Source: Auanema rhodensis
Lineage: Eukaryota; Animalia; Nematoda
Assembly (NCBI GenBank): GCA_964057225.1
Contig: OZ059899.1
Coordinates: 20,584,001-20,648,000 of the forward strand
Direction: 5' to 3'
DNA length: 64,000 nucleotides
The notes below the pieces were generated by a model, which worked only from the letters and a program-made list of their open reading frames with translations, was not told the DNA's origin and did not search any database. Positions within the stretch are counted from its first letter, which is position 1. Each line of letters begins with the position of its first letter. Positions 25,101 through 40,500 of this stretch are shown in pieces. The translations under genes were made by a program, and so were the position numbers.

Positions 25101-28100
25101 AGTGTGAACTTATATCAGTTGATATCTCGGTGCATTTTTAAGCTAGCGCAAATCTGATAACACAGATCGACGCAGCTTAAAAATCCGCATCGAATGCACT
25201 ATACTGCATTGAGAAACGCTTAATACAAAAGTTAGTTATGATCGTTTGAAAAATGATGCATTAGTGTATGTTGAGTTTCCATGTACACTCAACATTGCTT
25301 CCAAAAACATTTTGACAAAAATTTTTCCGAAAAATTTCAAAATAATTTCGCAAAAAGTAGGTGTTTTTAGATTCCTTTTTTCAAGGCAAAGACGATGGAC
25401 AATGTTATTCAACGAAAAAATTAATTCTGCAGGGTGAAAATCGAGGATATAAGTGTGAACTTATATCAGTTGATATCTCGGTGCATTTTTAAGCTAGCGC
25501 AAATCTGATAACACAGATCGACGCAGCTTAAAAATCCGCATCGAATGCACTATACATCATTGAAAAACATTTAATACAAAAATTAGTTATGATCGTTTGA
25601 AAAATGATGCATTAGTGTATATTGAGATTCCATGTACACTCAACATAGCTTCCAAAAACATTTTGACAAAAATTTTTCCGAAAAATTTCAAGATAAATTC
25701 GCAAAAAGTAGATGTTTTTAGATTCCTTTTTTCAAGGCAAAGACGATGGACAATGTTATTCAACGAAAAAATTAATTCTGCAGGGTGAAAATCGAGGATA
25801 TAAGTGTGAACTTATATCAGTTGATATCTCGGTGCATTTTTAAGCTAGCGCAAATCTGATAACACAGATCGACGCTGCTTAAAAATTCGCATCGAATGCA
25901 CTATACTACATTGAGAAACGCTTGATACAAAAATTAGGTATGATCGTTTGAAAAATGATGCATTAGTGTATGTTGAGTTTCCATGTACACTCAACATAGC
26001 TTCCAAAAACATTTTGACAAAAATTTTTCCGAAAAATTTCGAAATAAATTCGCAAAAAGTAGATGTTTTTAGATTCCTTTTTTCAAGGCAAAGACGATGG
26101 ACAATGTTATTCATCGAAAAAATTAATTCTGCAGGGTGAAAATCGAGGATATAAGTGTGAACTTATATCAGTTGATATCTCGGTGCATTTTTAAGCTAGC
26201 GCAAATCTGATAACACAGATCGACGCAGCTTAAAAATCCGCATCGAATGCATTATACTACATTGAGAAACGCTTAATACAAAAATTAGTTATGATCGTTT
26301 GAAAAATGATGCATTAGTGTATGTTGAGTTTCCATGTACACTCAACATTGCTTCCAAAAACATTTTGACAAAAATGTTTCCGAAAAATTTCAAAATAATT
26401 TCGCGAAAAGTAGATGTTTTTAGATTCCTTTTTTCAAGGCAAAGACGATGGACAATGTTATTCAACGAAAAAATTATTTCTGCAGGGTGAAAATCGAGGA
26501 TATAAGTGTGAACTTATATCAGTTGATATCTCGGTGCATTTTTAAGCTAGCGCAAATCTGATAACACAGATCGACGCAGCTTAAAAATCCGCATCGAATG
26601 CACTATACTACATTGAGAAACGCTTAATACAAAAATTAGTTATGATCGTTTGAAAAAAGATGCATTAGTGTATGTTGAGTTTCCATGTACACTCAACATT
26701 GCTTCCAAAAACATTTTGACAAAAATTTTTCCGAAAAATTTCAAAATAATTTCGCAAAAAGTAGATGTTTTTAGATTCCTTTTTTCATGGCAAAGACGAT
26801 GGACAAAGTTATTCAACGAAAAAATTAATTCTGCAGGGTGAAAATCGAGGATATAAGTGTGAACTTATATCAGTTGATATCTCGGTGCATTTTTAAGCTA
26901 GCGCAAATCTGATAACACAGATCGACGCAGCTTAAAAATCCGCATCGAATGCACTATACTACATTGAGAAACGCTTGATACAAAAATTAGTTATGATCGT
27001 TTGAAAAAAGATGCATTAGTGTATGTTGAGTTTCCATGTACACTCAACATTGCTTCCAAAAACATTTTGACAAAAATTTTTCCAAAAAATTTCAAAATAA
27101 TTTCGCAAAAAGTAAAAGTTTTTAGATTCCTTTTTCCAAGGCAAAGACGATGGACAATGTTATTCAACGAAAAAATTAATTCTGCATGGTGAAAATCGAG
27201 GATATAAGTGTGAACTTATATCAGTTGATATCTCGGTGCATTTTTAAGCTAGCGCAAATCTGATAACACAGATCGACGCAGCTTAAAAATCCGCATCGAA
27301 TGCACTATACTACATTGAAAAACGCTTGATACAAAAATTAGGTATGATCGTTTGAAAAAAGATGCATTAGTGTATGTTGAGTTTCCATGTACACTCAACA
27401 TTGCTTCCAAAAACATTTTTACAAAAATTTTTCCGAAGAATTTCGAAATAATTTCGCAAAAAGTAGATGTTTTTAGATTCCTTTTTTCAAGGCAAAGACG
27501 ATGGACATTGTTATTCAACGAAAAAATTGATTCTGCAGGGTGAAAATCGAGGATATAAGTGTGAACTTATATCAGTTGATATCTCGGTGCATTTTTAAGC
27601 TAGCGCAAATCTGATAACACAGATCGACGCAGCCTAAAAATCCGCATCGAATGCACTATACTATATTAAAAAACGCTTAATACAAAAATTAGTTATGATC
27701 GTTTGAAAAAAGATGCATTAGTGTATGTTGAGTTTCCATGTACACTCAACATTGCTTCCAAAAACATTTTGACAAAAATTTTTCCGAAAAATTTCAAAAT
27801 AATTTCGCAAAAAGTAGGTGTTTTTAGATTCCTTTTTTCAAGGCAAAGACGATGGACAATGTTATTCAACGAAAAAATTAATTCTGCAGGGTGAAAATCG
27901 AGGATATAAGTGTGAACTTATATCAGTTGATATCTCGGTGCATTTTTAAGCTAGCGCAAATCTGATAACACAGATCGACGCAGCTTAAAAATCCGCATCG
28001 AATGCACTATACTGCATTGAGAAACGCTTAATACAAAAGTTAGTTATGATCGTTTGAAAAATGATGCATTAGTGTATGTTGAGTTTCCATGTACACTCAA

Positions 28101-31100
28101 CATTGCTTCCAAAAACATTTTGACAAAAATTTTTCCGAAAAATTTCAAAATAATTTCGCAAAAAGTAGGTGTTTTTAGATTCCTTTTTTCAAGGCAAAGA
28201 CGATGGACAATGTTATTCAACGAAAAAATTAATTCTGCAGGGTGAAAATCGAGGATATAAGTGTGAACTTATATCAGTTGATATCTCGGTGCATTTTTAA
28301 GCTAGCGCAAATCTGATAACACAGATCGACGCAGCTTAAAAATCCGCATCGAATGCACTATACTGCATTGAGAAACGCTTAATACAAAAGTTAGTTATGA
28401 TCGTTTGAAAAATGATGCATTACTGTAAGTTGAGTTTCCATGTACACTCAACATTGCTTCCAAAAACATTTTGACAAAAATTTTTCCGAAAAATTTCAAA
28501 ATAATTTCGCGAAAAGTAGATGTTTTTAGATTCCTTTTTTCAAGGCAAAGACGATGGACAATGTTATTCAACGAAAAAATTAATTCTGCAGGGTGAAAAT
28601 CGAGGATATAAGTGTGAACTTATATCAGTTGATATCTCGGTGCATTTTTAAGCTAGCGCAAATCTGATAACACAGATCGACGCAGCTTAAAAATCCGCAT
28701 CGAATGCACTATACTGCATTGAGAAACGCTTAATACAAAAGTTAGTTATGATCGTTTGAAAAATGATGCATTAGTGTATGTTGAGTTTCCATGTACACTC
28801 AACATTGCTTCCAAAAACATTTTGACAAAAATTTTTCCGAAAAATTTCAAAATAATTTCGCAAAAAGTAGGTGTTTTTAGATTCCTTTTTTCAAGGCAAA
28901 GACGATGGACAATGTTATTCAACGAAAAAATTAATTCTGCAGGGTGAAAATCGAGGATATAAGTGTGAACTTATATCAGTTGATATCTCGGTGCATTTTT
29001 AAGCTAGCGCAAATCTGATAACACAGATCGACGCAGCTTAAAAATCCGCATCGAATGCACTATACTGCATTGAGAAACGCTTAATACAAAAGTTAGTTAT
29101 GATCGTTTGAAAAATGATGCATTACTGTAAGTTGAGTTTCCATGTACACTCAACATTGCTTCCAAAAACATTTTGACAAAAATTTTTCCGAAAAATTTCA
29201 AAATAATTTCGCGAAAAGTAGATGTTTTTAGATTCCTTTTTTCAAGGCAAAGACGATGGACAATGTTATTCAACGAAAAAATTAATTCTGCAGGGTGAAA
29301 ATCGAGGATATAAGTGTGAACTTATATCAGTTGATATCTCGGTGCATTTTTAAGCTAGCGCAAATCTGATAACACAGATCGACGCAGCTTAAAAATCCGC
29401 ATCGAATGCACTATACTGCATTGAGAAACGCTTAATACAAAAGTTAGTTATGATCGTTTGAAAAATGATGCATTAGTGTATGTTGAGTTTCCATGTACAC
29501 TCAACATTGCTTCCAAAAACATTTTGACAAAAATTTTTCCGAAAAATTTCAAAATAATTTCGCAAAAAGTAGGTGTTTTTAGATTCCTTTTTTCAAGGCA
29601 AAGACGATGGACAATGTTATTCAACGAAAAAATTAATTCTGCAGGGTGAAAATCGAGGATATAAGTGTGAACTTATATCAGTTGATATCTCGGTGCATTT
29701 TTAAGCTAGCGCAAATCTGATAACACAGATCGACGCAGCTTAAAAATCCGCATCGAATGCACTATACATCATTGAAAAACATTTAATACAAAAATTAGTT
29801 ATGATCGTTTGAAAAATGATGCATTAGTGTATATTGAGATTCCATGTACACTCAACATAGCTTCCAAAAACATTTTGACAAAAATTTTTCCGAAAAATTT
29901 CAAGATAAATTCGCAAAAAGTAGATGTTTTTAGATTCCTTTTTTCAAGGCAAAGACGATGGACAATGTTATTCAACGAAAAAATTAATTCTGCAGGGTGA
30001 AAATCGAGGATATAAGTGTGAACTTATATCAGTTGATATCTCGGTGCATTTTTAAGCTAGCGCAAATCTGATAACACAGATCGACGCTGCTTAAAAATTC
30101 GCATCGAATGCACTATACTACATTGAGAAACGCTTGATACAAAAATTAGGTATGATCGTTTGAAAAATGATGCATTAGTGTATGTTGAGTTTCCATGTAC
30201 ACTCAACATAGCTTCCAAAAACATTTTGACAAAAATTTTTCCGAAAAATTTCGAAATAAATTCGCAAAAAGTAGATGTTTTTAGATTCCTTTTTTCAAGG
30301 CAAAGACGATGGACAATGTTATTCATCGAAAAAATTAATTCTGCAGGGTGAAAATCGAGGATATAAGTGTGAACTTATATCAGTTGATATCTCGGTGCAT
30401 TTTTAAGCTAGCGCAAATCTGATAACACAGATCGACGCAGCTTAAAAATCCGCATCGAATGCATTATACTACATTGAGAAACGCTTAATACAAAAATTAG
30501 TTATGATCGTTTGAAAAATGATGCATTAGTGTATGTTGAGTTTCCATGTACACTCAACATTGCTTCCAAAAACATTTTGACAAAAATTTTTCCGAAAAAT
30601 TTCGAAATAAATTCGCAAAAAGTAGGTGTTTTTAGATTCCTTTTTTCAAGGCAAAGACGATGGACAATGTTATTCAACGAAAAAATTAATTCTGCAGGGT
30701 GAAAATCGAGGATATAAGTGTGAACTTATATCAGTTGATATCTCGGTGCATTTTTAAGCTAGCGCAAATCTGATAACACAGATCGACGCAGCTTAAAAAT
30801 CCGCATCGAATGCACTATACTGCATTGAGAAACGCTTAATACAAAAGTTAGTTATGATCGTTTGAAAAATGATGCATTACTGTAAGTTGAGTTTCCATGT
30901 ACACTCAACATTGCTTCCAAAAACATTTTGACAAAAATTTTTCCGAAAAATTTCAAAATAATTTCGCGAAAAGTAGATGTTTTTAGATTCCTTTTTTCAA
31001 GGCAAAGACGATGGACAATGTTATTCAACGAAAAAATTAATTCTGCAGGGTGAAAATCGAGGATATAAGTGTGAACTTATATCAGTTGATATCTCGGTGC

Positions 31101-34100
31101 ATTTTTAAGCTAGCGCAAATCTGATAACACAGATCGACGCAGCTTAAAAATCCGCATCGAATGCACTATACTGCATTGAGAAACGCTTAATACAAAAGTT
31201 AGTTATGATCGTTTGAAAAATGATGCATTAGTGTATGTTGAGTTTCCATGTACACTCAACATTGCTTCCAAAAACATTTTGACAAAAATTTTTCCGAAAA
31301 ATTTCAAAATAATTTCGCAAAAAGTAGGTGTTTTTAGATTCCTTTTTTCAAGGCAAAGACGATGGACAATGTTATTCAACGAAAAAATTAATTCTGCAGG
31401 GTGAAAATCGAGGATATAAGTGTGAACTTATATCAGTTGATATCTCGGTGCATTTTTAAGCTAGCGCAAATCTGATAACACAGATCGACGCAGCTTAAAA
31501 ATCCGCATCGAATGCACTATACTACATTGAGAAACGCTTGATACAAAAATTAGGTATGATCGTTTGAAAAATGATGCATTAGTGTATATTGAGTTTCCAT
31601 GTACACTCAACATTGCTTCCAAAAACATTTTGACAAAAATTTTTCCGAAAAATTTCGAAATAAATTCGCAAAAAGTAGGTGTTTTTAGATTCCTTTTTTC
31701 AAGGCAAAGACGATGGACAATGTTATTCAACGAAAAAATTAATTCTGCAGGGTGAAAATCGAGGATATAAGTGTGAACTTATATCAGTTGATATCTCGGT
31801 GCATTTTTAAGCTAGCGCAAATCTGATAACACAGATCGACGCAGCTTAAAAATCCGCATCGAATGCACTATACTACATTGAGAAACGCTTGATACAAAAA
31901 TTAGGTATGATCGTTTGAAAAATGATGCATTAGTGTATATTGAGTTTCCATGTACACTCAACATAGCTTCCAAAAACATTTTGACAAAAATTTTTCCGAA
32001 AAATTTCGAAATAAATTCGCAAAAAGTAGGTGTTTTTAGATTCCTTTTTTCAAGGCAAAGACGATGGACAATGTTATTCAACGAAAAAATTAATTCTGCA
32101 GGGTGAAAATCGAGGATATAAGTGTGAACTTATATCAGTTGATATCTCGGTGCATTTTTAAGCTAGCGCAAATCTGATAACACAGATCGACGCAGCTTAA
32201 AAATCCGCATCGAATGCACTATACATCATTGAGAAACGTTTAATACAAAAATTAGTTATGATCGTTTGAAAAATGATGCATTAGTGTATATTGAGTTTCC
32301 ATGTACACTCAACATAGCTTCCAAAAACATTTTGACAAAAATTTTTCCGAAAAATTTCGAAATAAATTCGCAAAAAGTAGGTGTTTTTAGATTCCTTTTT
32401 TTAAGGCAAAGACGATGGACAATGTTATTCAACGAAAAAATTAATTCTGCAGGGTGAAAATCGAGGATATAAGTGTGAACTTATATCAGTTGATATCTCG
32501 GTGCATTTTTAAGCTAGCGCAAATCTGATAACACAGATCGACGCAGCTTAAAAATCCGCATCGAATGTACTATACTGCATTGAGAAACGCTTAATACAAA
32601 AGTTAGTTATGATCGTTTGAAAAATGATGCATTAGTGTATGTTGAGTTTCCATGTACACTCAAAATTGCTTCCAAAAACATTTTGACAAAAATTTTTCCG
32701 AAAAATTTTAAAATAATTTCGCAAAAAGTAGGTGTTTTTAGATTCCTTTTTTTCAAGGCAAAGACGATGGACAATGTTATTCAACGAAAAAATTAATTCT
32801 GCAGGGTGAAAATCGAGGATATAAGTGTGAACTTATATCAGTTGATATCTCGGTGAATTTTTAAGCTAGCGCAAATCTGATAACACAGATCGACGCAGCT
32901 TAAAAATCCGCATCGAATGCACTATACTACATTGAGAAACGCTTGATACAAAAATTAGGTATGATCGTTTGAAAAATGATGCATTAGTGTATATTGAGTT
33001 TCCATGTACACTCAACATAGCTTCCAAAAACATTTTGACAAAAATTTTTCCGAAAAATTTCGAAATAAATTCGCAAAAAGTAGGTGTTTTTAGATTCCTT
33101 TTTTCAAGGCAAAGACGATGGACAATGTTATTCAACGAAAAAATTAATTCTGCAGGGTGAAAATCGAGGATATAAGTGTGAACTTATATCAGTTGATATC
33201 TCGGTGCATTTTTAAGCTAGCGCAAATCTGATAACACAGATCGACGCAGCTTAAAAATCCGCATCGAATGCACTATACATCATTGAGAAACATTTAATAC
33301 AAAAATTAGTTATGATCGTTTGAAAAATGATGCATTAGTGTATATTGAGATTCCATGTACACTCAACATAGCTTCCAAAAACATTTTGACAAAAATTTTT
33401 CCGAAAAATTTCGAAATAAATTCGCAAAAAGTAGATGTTTTTAGATTCCTTTTTTCAAGGCAAAGACGATGGACAATGTTATTCAACGAAAAAATTAATT
33501 CTGCAGGGTGAAAATCGAGGATATAAGTGTGAACTTATATCAGTTGATATCTCGGTGCATTTTTAAGCTAGCGCAAATCTGATAACACAGATCGACGCAG
33601 CTTAAAAATCCGCATCGAATGCACTATACTACATTGAGAAACGCTTGATACAAAAATTAGGTATGATCGTTTGAAAAATGATGCATTAGTGTATATTGAG
33701 TTTCCATGTACACTCAACATAGCTTCCAAAAACATTTTGACAAAAATTTTTCCGAAAAATTTCGAAATAAATTCGCAAAAAGTAGATGTTTTTAGATTCC
33801 TTTTTTCAAGGCAAAGACGATGGACAATGTTATTCAACGAAAAAATTAATTCTGCAGGGTGAAAATCGAGGATATAAGTGTGAACTTATATCAGTTGATA
33901 TCTCGGTGCATTTTTAAGCTAGCGCAAATCTGATAACACAGATCGACGCAGCTTAAAAATCCGCATCGAATGCACTATACTGCATTGAGAAACGCTTAAT
34001 ACAAAAGTTAGTTATGATCGTTTGAAAAATGATGCATTACTGTAAGTTGAGTTTCCATGTACACTCAACATTGCTTCCAAAAACATTTTGACAAAAATTT

Positions 34101-36829
34101 TTCCGAAAAATTTCAAAATAATTTCGCGAAAAGTAGATGTTTTTAGATTCCTTTTTTCAAGGCAAAGACGATGGACAATGTTATTCAACGAAAAAATTAA
34201 TTCTGCAGGGTGAAAATCGAGGATATAAGTGTGAACTTATATCAGTTGATATCTCGGTGCATTTTTAAGCTAGCGCAAATCTGATAACACAGATCGACGC
34301 AGCTTAAAAATCCGCATCGAATGCACTATACTGCATTGAGAAACGCTTAATACAAAAGTTAGTTATGATCGTTTGAAAAATGATGCATTAGTGTATGTTG
34401 AGTTTCCATGTACACTCAACATTGCTTCCAAAAACATTTTGACAAAAATTTTTCCGAAAAATTTCAAAATAATTTCGCAAAAAGTAGGTGTTTTTAGATT
34501 CCTTTTTTCAAGGCAAAGACGATGGACAATGTTATTCAACGAAAAAATTAATTCTGCAGGGTGAAAATCGAGGATATAAGTGTGAACTTATATCAGTTGA
34601 TATCTCGGTGCATTTTTAAGCTAGCGCAAATCTGATAACACAGATCGACGCAGCTTAAAAATCCGCATCGAATGCACTATACTGCATTGAGAAACGCTTA
34701 ATACAAAAGTTAGTTATGATCGTTTGAAAAATGATGCATTACTGTAAGTTGAGTTTCCATGTACACTCAACATTGCTTCCAAAAACATTTTGACAAAAAT
34801 TTTTCCGAAAAATTTCAAAATAATTTCGCGAAAAGTAGATGTTTTTAGATTCCTTTTTTCAAGGCAAAGACGATGGACAATGTTATTCAACGAAAAAATT
34901 AATTCTGCAGGGTGAAAATCGAGGATATAAGTGTGAACTTATATCAGTTGATATCTCGGTGCATTTTTAAGCTAGCGCAAATCTGATAACACAGATCGAC
35001 GCAGCTTAAAAATCCGCATCGAATGCACTATACTGCATTGAGAAACGCTTAATACAAAAGTTAGTTATGATCGTTTGAAAAATGATGCATTAGTGTATGT
35101 TGAGTTTCCATGTACACTCAACATTGCTTCCAAAAACATTTTGACAAAAATTTTTCCGAAAAATTTCAAAATAATTTCGCAAAAAGTAGGTGTTTTTAGA
35201 TTCCTTTTTTCAAGGCAAAGACGATGGACAATGTTATTCAACGAAAAAATTAATTCTGCAGGGTGAAAATCGAGGATATAAGTGTGAACTTATATCAGTT
35301 GATATCTCGGTGCATTTTTAAGCTAGCGCAAATCTGATAACACAGATCGACGCAGCTTAAAAATCCGCATCGAATGCACTATACTGCATTGAGAAACGCT
35401 TAATACAAAAGTTAGTTATGATCGTTTGAAAAATGATGCATTACTGTAAGTTGAGTTTCCATGTACACTCAACATTGCTTCCAAAAACATTTTGACAAAA
35501 ATTTTTCCGAAAAATTTCAAAATAATTTCGCGAAAAGTAGATGTTTTTAGATTCCTTTTTTCAAGGCAAAGACGATGGACAATGTTATTCAACGAAAAAA
35601 TTAATTCTGCAGGGTGAAAATCGAGGATATAAGTGTGAACTTATATCAGTTGATATCTCGGTGCATTTTTAAGCTAGCGCAAATCTGATAACACAGATCG
35701 ACGCAGCTTAAAAATCCGCATCGAATGCACTATACTGCATTGAGAAACGCTTAATACAAAAGTTAGTTATGATCGTTTGAAAAATGATGCATTAGTGTAT
35801 GTTGAGTTTCCATGTACACTCAACATTGCTTCCAAAAACATTTTGACAAAAATTTTTCCGAAAAATTTCAAAATAATTTCGCAAAAAGTAGGTGTTTTTA
35901 GATTCCTTTTTTCAAGGCAAAGACGATGGACAATGTTATTCAACGAAAAAATTAATTCTGCAGGGTGAAAATCGAGGATATAAGTGTGAACTTATATCAG
36001 TTGATATCTCGGTGCATTTTTAAGCTAGCGCAAATCTGATAACACAGATCGACGCAGCTTAAAAATCCGCATCGAATGCACTATACATCATTGAAAAACA
36101 TTTAATACAAAAATTAGTTATGATCGTTTGAAAAATGATGCATTAGTGTATATTGAGATTCCATGTACACTCAACATAGCTTCCAAAAACATTTTGACAA
36201 AAATTTTTCCGAAAAATTTCAAGATAAATTCGCAAAAAGTAGATGTTTTTAGATTCCTTTTTTCAAGGCAAAGACGATGGACAATGTTATTCAACGAAAA
36301 AATTAATTCTGCAGGGTGAAAATCGAGGATATAAGTGTGAACTTATATCAGTTGATATCTCGGTGCATTTTTAAGCTAGCGCAAATCTGATAACACAGAT
36401 CGACGCTGCTTAAAAATTCGCATCGAATGCACTATACTACATTGAGAAACGCTTGATACAAAAATTAGGTATGATCGTTTGAAAAATGATGCATTAGTGT
36501 ATGTTGAGTTTCCATGTACACTCAACATAGCTTCCAAAAACATTTTGACAAAACTTTTTCCGAAAAATTTCGAAATAAATTCGCAAAAAGTAGATGTTTT
36601 TAGATTCCTTTTTTCAAGGCAAAGACGATGGACAATGTTATTCATCGAAAAAATTAATTCTGCAGGGTGAAAATCGAGGATATAAGTGTGAACTTATATC
36701 AGTTGATATCTCGGTGCATTTTTAAGCTAGCGCAAATCTGATAACACAGATCGACGCAGCTTAAAAATCCGCATCGAATGCATTATACTACATTGAGAAA
36801 CGCTTAATACAAAAATTAGTTATGATCGT
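10147..36829. repeat. Variant domain C: higher-order repeat region with an 18-monomer (6319-bp) core and 6-, 9-, 17- and 29/30-monomer periods
   Basis: Diagnostic variants TATATTGAG, GTAGGTG, TTACTGTAAG and the +T insertion. Offsets: 14363->20682 = 6319; 30160->36479 = 6319; 19980->25948 = 5968; 11202->13310 = 2108; 13310->16470 = 3160; 20682->30862 = 10180. Confidence 0.9.
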
Positions 36830-37531
36830 TTGAAAAATGATGCATTAGTGTATGTTGAGTTTCCATGTACACTCAACATTGCTTCCAAAAACATTTTGAC
36901 AAAAATGTTTCCGAAAAATTTCAAAATAATTTCGCGAAAAGTAGATGTTTTTAGATTCCTTTTTTCAAGGCAAAGACGATGGACAATGTTATTCAACGAA
37001 AAAATTATTTCTGCAGGGTGAAAATCGAGGATATAAGTGTGAACTTATATCAGTTGATATCTCGGTGCATTTTTAAGCTAGCGCAAATCTGATAACACAG
37101 ATCGACGCAGCTTAAAAATCCGCATCGAATGCACTATACTACATTGAGAAACGCTTAATACAAAAATTAGTTATGATCGTTTGAAAAAAGATGCATTAGT
37201 GTATGTTGAGTTTCCATGTACACTCAACATTGCTTCCAAAAACATTTTGACAAAAATTTTTCCGAAAAATTTCAAAATAATTTCGCGAAAAGTAGATGTT
37301 TTTAGATTCCTTTTTTCATGGCAAAGACGATGGACAAAGTTATTCAACGAAAAAATTAATTCTGCAGGGTGAAAATCGAGGATATAAGTGTGAACTTATA
37401 TCAGTTGATATCTCGGTGCATTTTTAAGCTAGCGCAAATCTGATAACACAGATCGACGCAGCTTAAAAATCCGCATCGAATGCACTATACTACATTGAGA
37501 AACGCTTGATACAAAAATTAGTTATGATCGT

Positions 37532-40500
37532 TTGAAAAAAGATGCATTAGTGTATGTTGAGTTTCCATGTACACTCAACATTGCTTCCAAAAACATTTTG
37601 ACAAAAATTTTTCCAAAAAATTTCAAAATAATTTCGCAAAAAGTAAAAGTTTTTAGATTCCTTTTTCCAAGGCAAAGACGATGGACAATGTTATTCAACG
37701 AAAAAATTAATTCTGCATGGTGAAAATCGAGGATATAAGTGTGAACTTATATCAGTTGATATCTCGGTGCATTTTTAAGCTAGCGCAAATCTGATAACAC
37801 AGATCGACGCAGCTTAAAAATCCGCATCGAATGCACTATACTACATTGAAAAACGCTTGATACAAAAATTAGGTATGATCGTTTGAAAAAAGATGCATTA
37901 GTGTATGTTGAGTTTCCATGTACACTCAACATTGCTTCCAAAAACATTTTTACAAAAATTTTTCCGAAGAATTTCGAAATAATTTCGCAAAAAGTAGATG
38001 TTTTTAGATTCCTTTTTTCAAGGCAAAGACGATGGACATTGTTATTCAACGAAAAAATTGATTCTGCAGGGTGAAAATCGAGGATATAAGTGTGAACTTA
38101 TATCAGTTGATATCTCGGTGCATTTTTAAGCTAGCGCAAATCTGATAACACAGATCGACGCAGCCTAAAAATCCGCATCGAATGCACTATACTATATTAA
38201 AAAACGCTTAATACAAAAATTAGTTATGATCGTTTGAAAAAAGATGCATTAGTGTATGTTGAGTTTCCATGTACACTCAACATTGCTTCCAAAAACATTT
38301 TGACAAAAATTTTTCCGAAAAATTTCAGAATAATTTCGCAAAAAGTAGATGTTTTTAGATTCCTTCTTTTAAGGCAAAGACGATGGACAATGTTATTCAA
38401 CGAAAAAATTAATTCTGCAGGGTGAAAATCGAGGATATAAGTGTGAACTTATATCAGTTGATATCTCGGTGCATTTTTAAGCTAGCGCAAATCTGATAAC
38501 ACAGATCGACGCAGCTTAAAAATCCGCATCGAATGCACTATACTACATTGAGAAACGCTTAATACAAAAATTAGTTATGATCGTTTGAAAAAAGATGCAT
38601 TAGTGTATGTTGAGTTTCCATGTACACTCAACATTGCTTCCAAAAACATTTTGACAAAAATTTTTCCGAAAAATTTCAAAATAATTTCGCAAAAAGTAGA
38701 TGTTTTTAGATTCCTTTTTTCACGGCAAAGACGATGGACAAAGTTATTCAACGAAAAAATTAATTCTGCAGGGTGAAAATCGAGGATATAAGTGTGAACT
38801 TATATCAGTTGATATCTCGGTGCATTTTTAAGCTAGCGCAAATCTGATAACACAGATCGACGCAGCTTAAAAATCCGCATCGAATGCACTATACTACATT
38901 GAGAAACGCTTAATACAAAAATTAGTTATGATCGTTTGAAAAATGATGCATTAGTGTATGTTGAGTTTCCATATACACTCAACATAGCTTCCAAAAACAT
39001 TTTGACAAAAATTTTTCCGAAAAATTTCGAAAAAATTTCGCAAAAAGTAGATGTTTTTAGATTCCTTTTTTCACGGCAAAGACGATGGACAAAGTTATTC
39101 AACGAAAAAATTAATTCTGCAGGGTGAAAATCGAGGATATAAGTGTGAACTTATATCAGTTGATATCTCGGTGCATTTTTAAGCTAGCGCAAATCTGATA
39201 ACACAGATCGACGCAGCTTAAAAATCCGCATCGAATGCATTATACTACATTGAGAAACGCTTAATACAAAACTTAGTTATGATCGTTTGAAAAATGATGC
39301 ATTAGTGTATGTTGAGTTTCCATGTACACTCAACATAGCTTCCAAAAACATTTTGACAAAAATTTTTCCGAAAAATTTCGAAAAAATTTCGCAAAAAGTA
39401 GATGTTTTTAGATTCCTTTTTTCAAGGCAAAGACGATGGACAATGTTATTCAACGAAAAAATTATTTCTGCAGGGTGAAAATCGAGGATATAAGTGTGAA
39501 CTTATATCAGTTGATATCTCGGTGCATTTTTAAGCTAACTCAAATCTGATAACACAGATCGACGCAGCTTAAAAATCCGCATCGAATGCACTATACTACA
39601 TTGAGAAACGCTTAATACAAAAATTAGTTATGATCGTTTGAAAAAAGATGCATTAGTGTATGTTGAGTTTCCATGTACACTCAACATAGCTTCCAAAAAC
39701 ATTTTGACAAAAATTTTTCCGAAAAATTTCGAAAAAATTTCGCAAAAAGTAGATGTTTTTAGATTCCTTTTTTCAAGGCAAAGACGATGGACAATGTTAT
39801 TCAACGAAAAAATTATTTCTGCAGGGTGAAAATCGAGGATATAAGTGTGAACTTATATCAGTTAATATCTCGGTGCATTTTTAAGCTAGCGCAAATCTGA
39901 TAACACAGATCGACGCAGCTTAAAAATCCGCATCGAATGCATTATACTACATTGAGAAACGCTTAATACAAAAATTAGTTATGATCGTTTGAAAAAAGAT
40001 GCATTAGTGTATGTTGAGTTTCCATGTACACTCAACATTGCTTCCAAAAACATTTTGACAAAAATTTTTCCGAAAAATTTCAAAATAATTTCGCAAAAAG
40101 TAGATGTTTTTAGATTCCTTTTTTCAAGGCAAAGACGATGGACAATGTTATTCAACGAAAAAATTATTTCTGCAGGGTGAAAATCGAGGATATAAGTGTG
40201 AACTTATATCAGTTGATATCTCGGTGCATTTTTAAGCTAGCGCAAATCTGATAACACAGATCGACGCAGCTTAAAAATCCGCATCGAATGCACTATACTG
40301 CATTGAGAAACGCTTAATACAAAAGTTAGTTATGATCGTTTGAAAAATGATGCATTAGTGTATGTTGAGTTTCCATGTACACTCAACATTGCTTCCAAAA
40401 ACATTTTGACAAAAATTTTTCCGAAAAATTTTATAATAATTTCGCGAAGAGTAGGTGTTTTTAGATTCCTTTTTTCAAGGCAAAGACGATGGACAATGTT

